Below, piece by piece: positions 63,098 to 64,000 of a DNA stretch of 64,000 bases. The position numbers and the translations under genes were made by a program. A model generated the notes under the pieces. The model saw only the letters and a program-made list of their open reading frames with translations, was not told the origin of the DNA and did no database searches. This stretch comes from Gekko japonicus (taxonomy: Eukaryota): contig NW_015164185.1 of NCBI RefSeq assembly GCF_001447785.1, forward strand, positions 1,194,928 through 1,258,927. Direction: 5' to 3'. Numbering within the stretch: the stretch's first letter is position 1; every line of letters begins with the position of its first letter.

Positions 63098-63375
63098 ACA
63101 TGGAACAATAACATAACCAACACATTTTTAATCTGGGTTATATGCCTCCTTCTCCTGGTAGTTTTCAAGCTTTGATGAAGTGAACCCCACTTTTAAGCTT
63201 ACTATATTATTTGGTACACATTGGTCTTGCACCTCAGGCCATTGATTTAAGCTATGCTGTCACCTTCCACACCACTGGTGGATGGGAGCAAACTAAGCCA
63301 CTGTGAGTGAGTGAGGCCACAGTGTGCAGGAGGGGAGAAGAAGGGAATGTGGCAGCTTCACCCTCCTTTCCCCAC

Positions 63376-63656
63376 TAGGGCTGCCAAGTGGGGGCGGGTG
63401 GCGGGTAAACCCCCGCTTTGGAGGCCCGATTTCCGCTGCCGCGGAATCAGGCCCCGAGGGGAACTCCGCCCCCCCCAAAGCGCAGCGTGGTTGCGTCACT
63501 GAAGGTGACGCAACCACGTCGCTCATGTTGGGGGCGTGGCCCCGATCGTTGGAGGGAAACCCCTCCGATGATCAGGGCCACGCCCCCAACGTGAGCGGCG
63601 TAGCGTGTCACTTGGCGGCTCCCCCGCCACCAAGGTAAGTAGACTTGGCAACCCTA
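63376..63656. mobile_element. hAT-type MITE (young, CpG-rich)
   Basis: tagggctgccaagt/acttggcaacccta; perfect TSD ttccccac. Confidence 0.88.
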
Positions 63657-64000
63657 TTCCCCACTGCTATGAGGAGGGGGGTCTAGAGTTTCCTTCTGCA
63701 GTTCAGGAGTTTGAGCGTTGCGACCCACATGCAAGAGAGTTTTCAGTCACAAAGTTTGAGAACCACTGCTCCATTTCTTTAGATTTGTGGATGAGTCTCT
63801 GGACTTCTGTGGCTGTGTTTCCCAGTATATGTTGGTGGACCTCTGAGAAGTGCCCATGTCTCGGTGGTGTTTCTGAGGGCCTAGCTTCAATCCCTGGTAT
63901 GTCTAGTTAAATAATTTCATATATCAGGGCTGAAACATATCTTTTCTGAGTACCTGGAGAGCTACTACCAGTCAAAGTAGTCTGGCAATGCTCATGATTC

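Noticed and set aside
61170-64000. FBXO8 coding exons here, or HPGD exons at the left end of the window
   Set aside because: No recognisable coding sequence for either gene in the window

Overview
Vertebrate genomic DNA, almost certainly a squamate and probably a gecko (BovB, Sauria SINE, 5S-derived and Squam3-like SINEs, CR1, L2, Penelope). It holds the complete coding sequence of CEP44 on the minus strand: 10 coding exons, 58886->44856, 1104 nt, 367 aa, all introns GT-AG with consistent phases. A CpG-rich bidirectional promoter lies at ~60.5-61.3 kb; its plus-strand partner is probably FBXO8 (synteny only). The left ~43 kb is intergenic and TE-rich. It includes a CKB processed-pseudogene fragment, a young BovB and many hAT-type MITEs with 8-bp TSDs, several nested in other repeats. 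Some of these MITEs carry promoter motifs plus a strong splice donor. There are Penelope-derived elements with minimal hammerhead ribozymes (one fully intact at 41801-41843) and a candidate ORF1-only (HAL1-like) L1. A 3'-truncated L1 splits an L2 inside a CEP44 intron. A complex duplication with Helitron-like ends surrounds an assembly gap at 23-29 kb. Family names come from recalled consensus features, not a database search.
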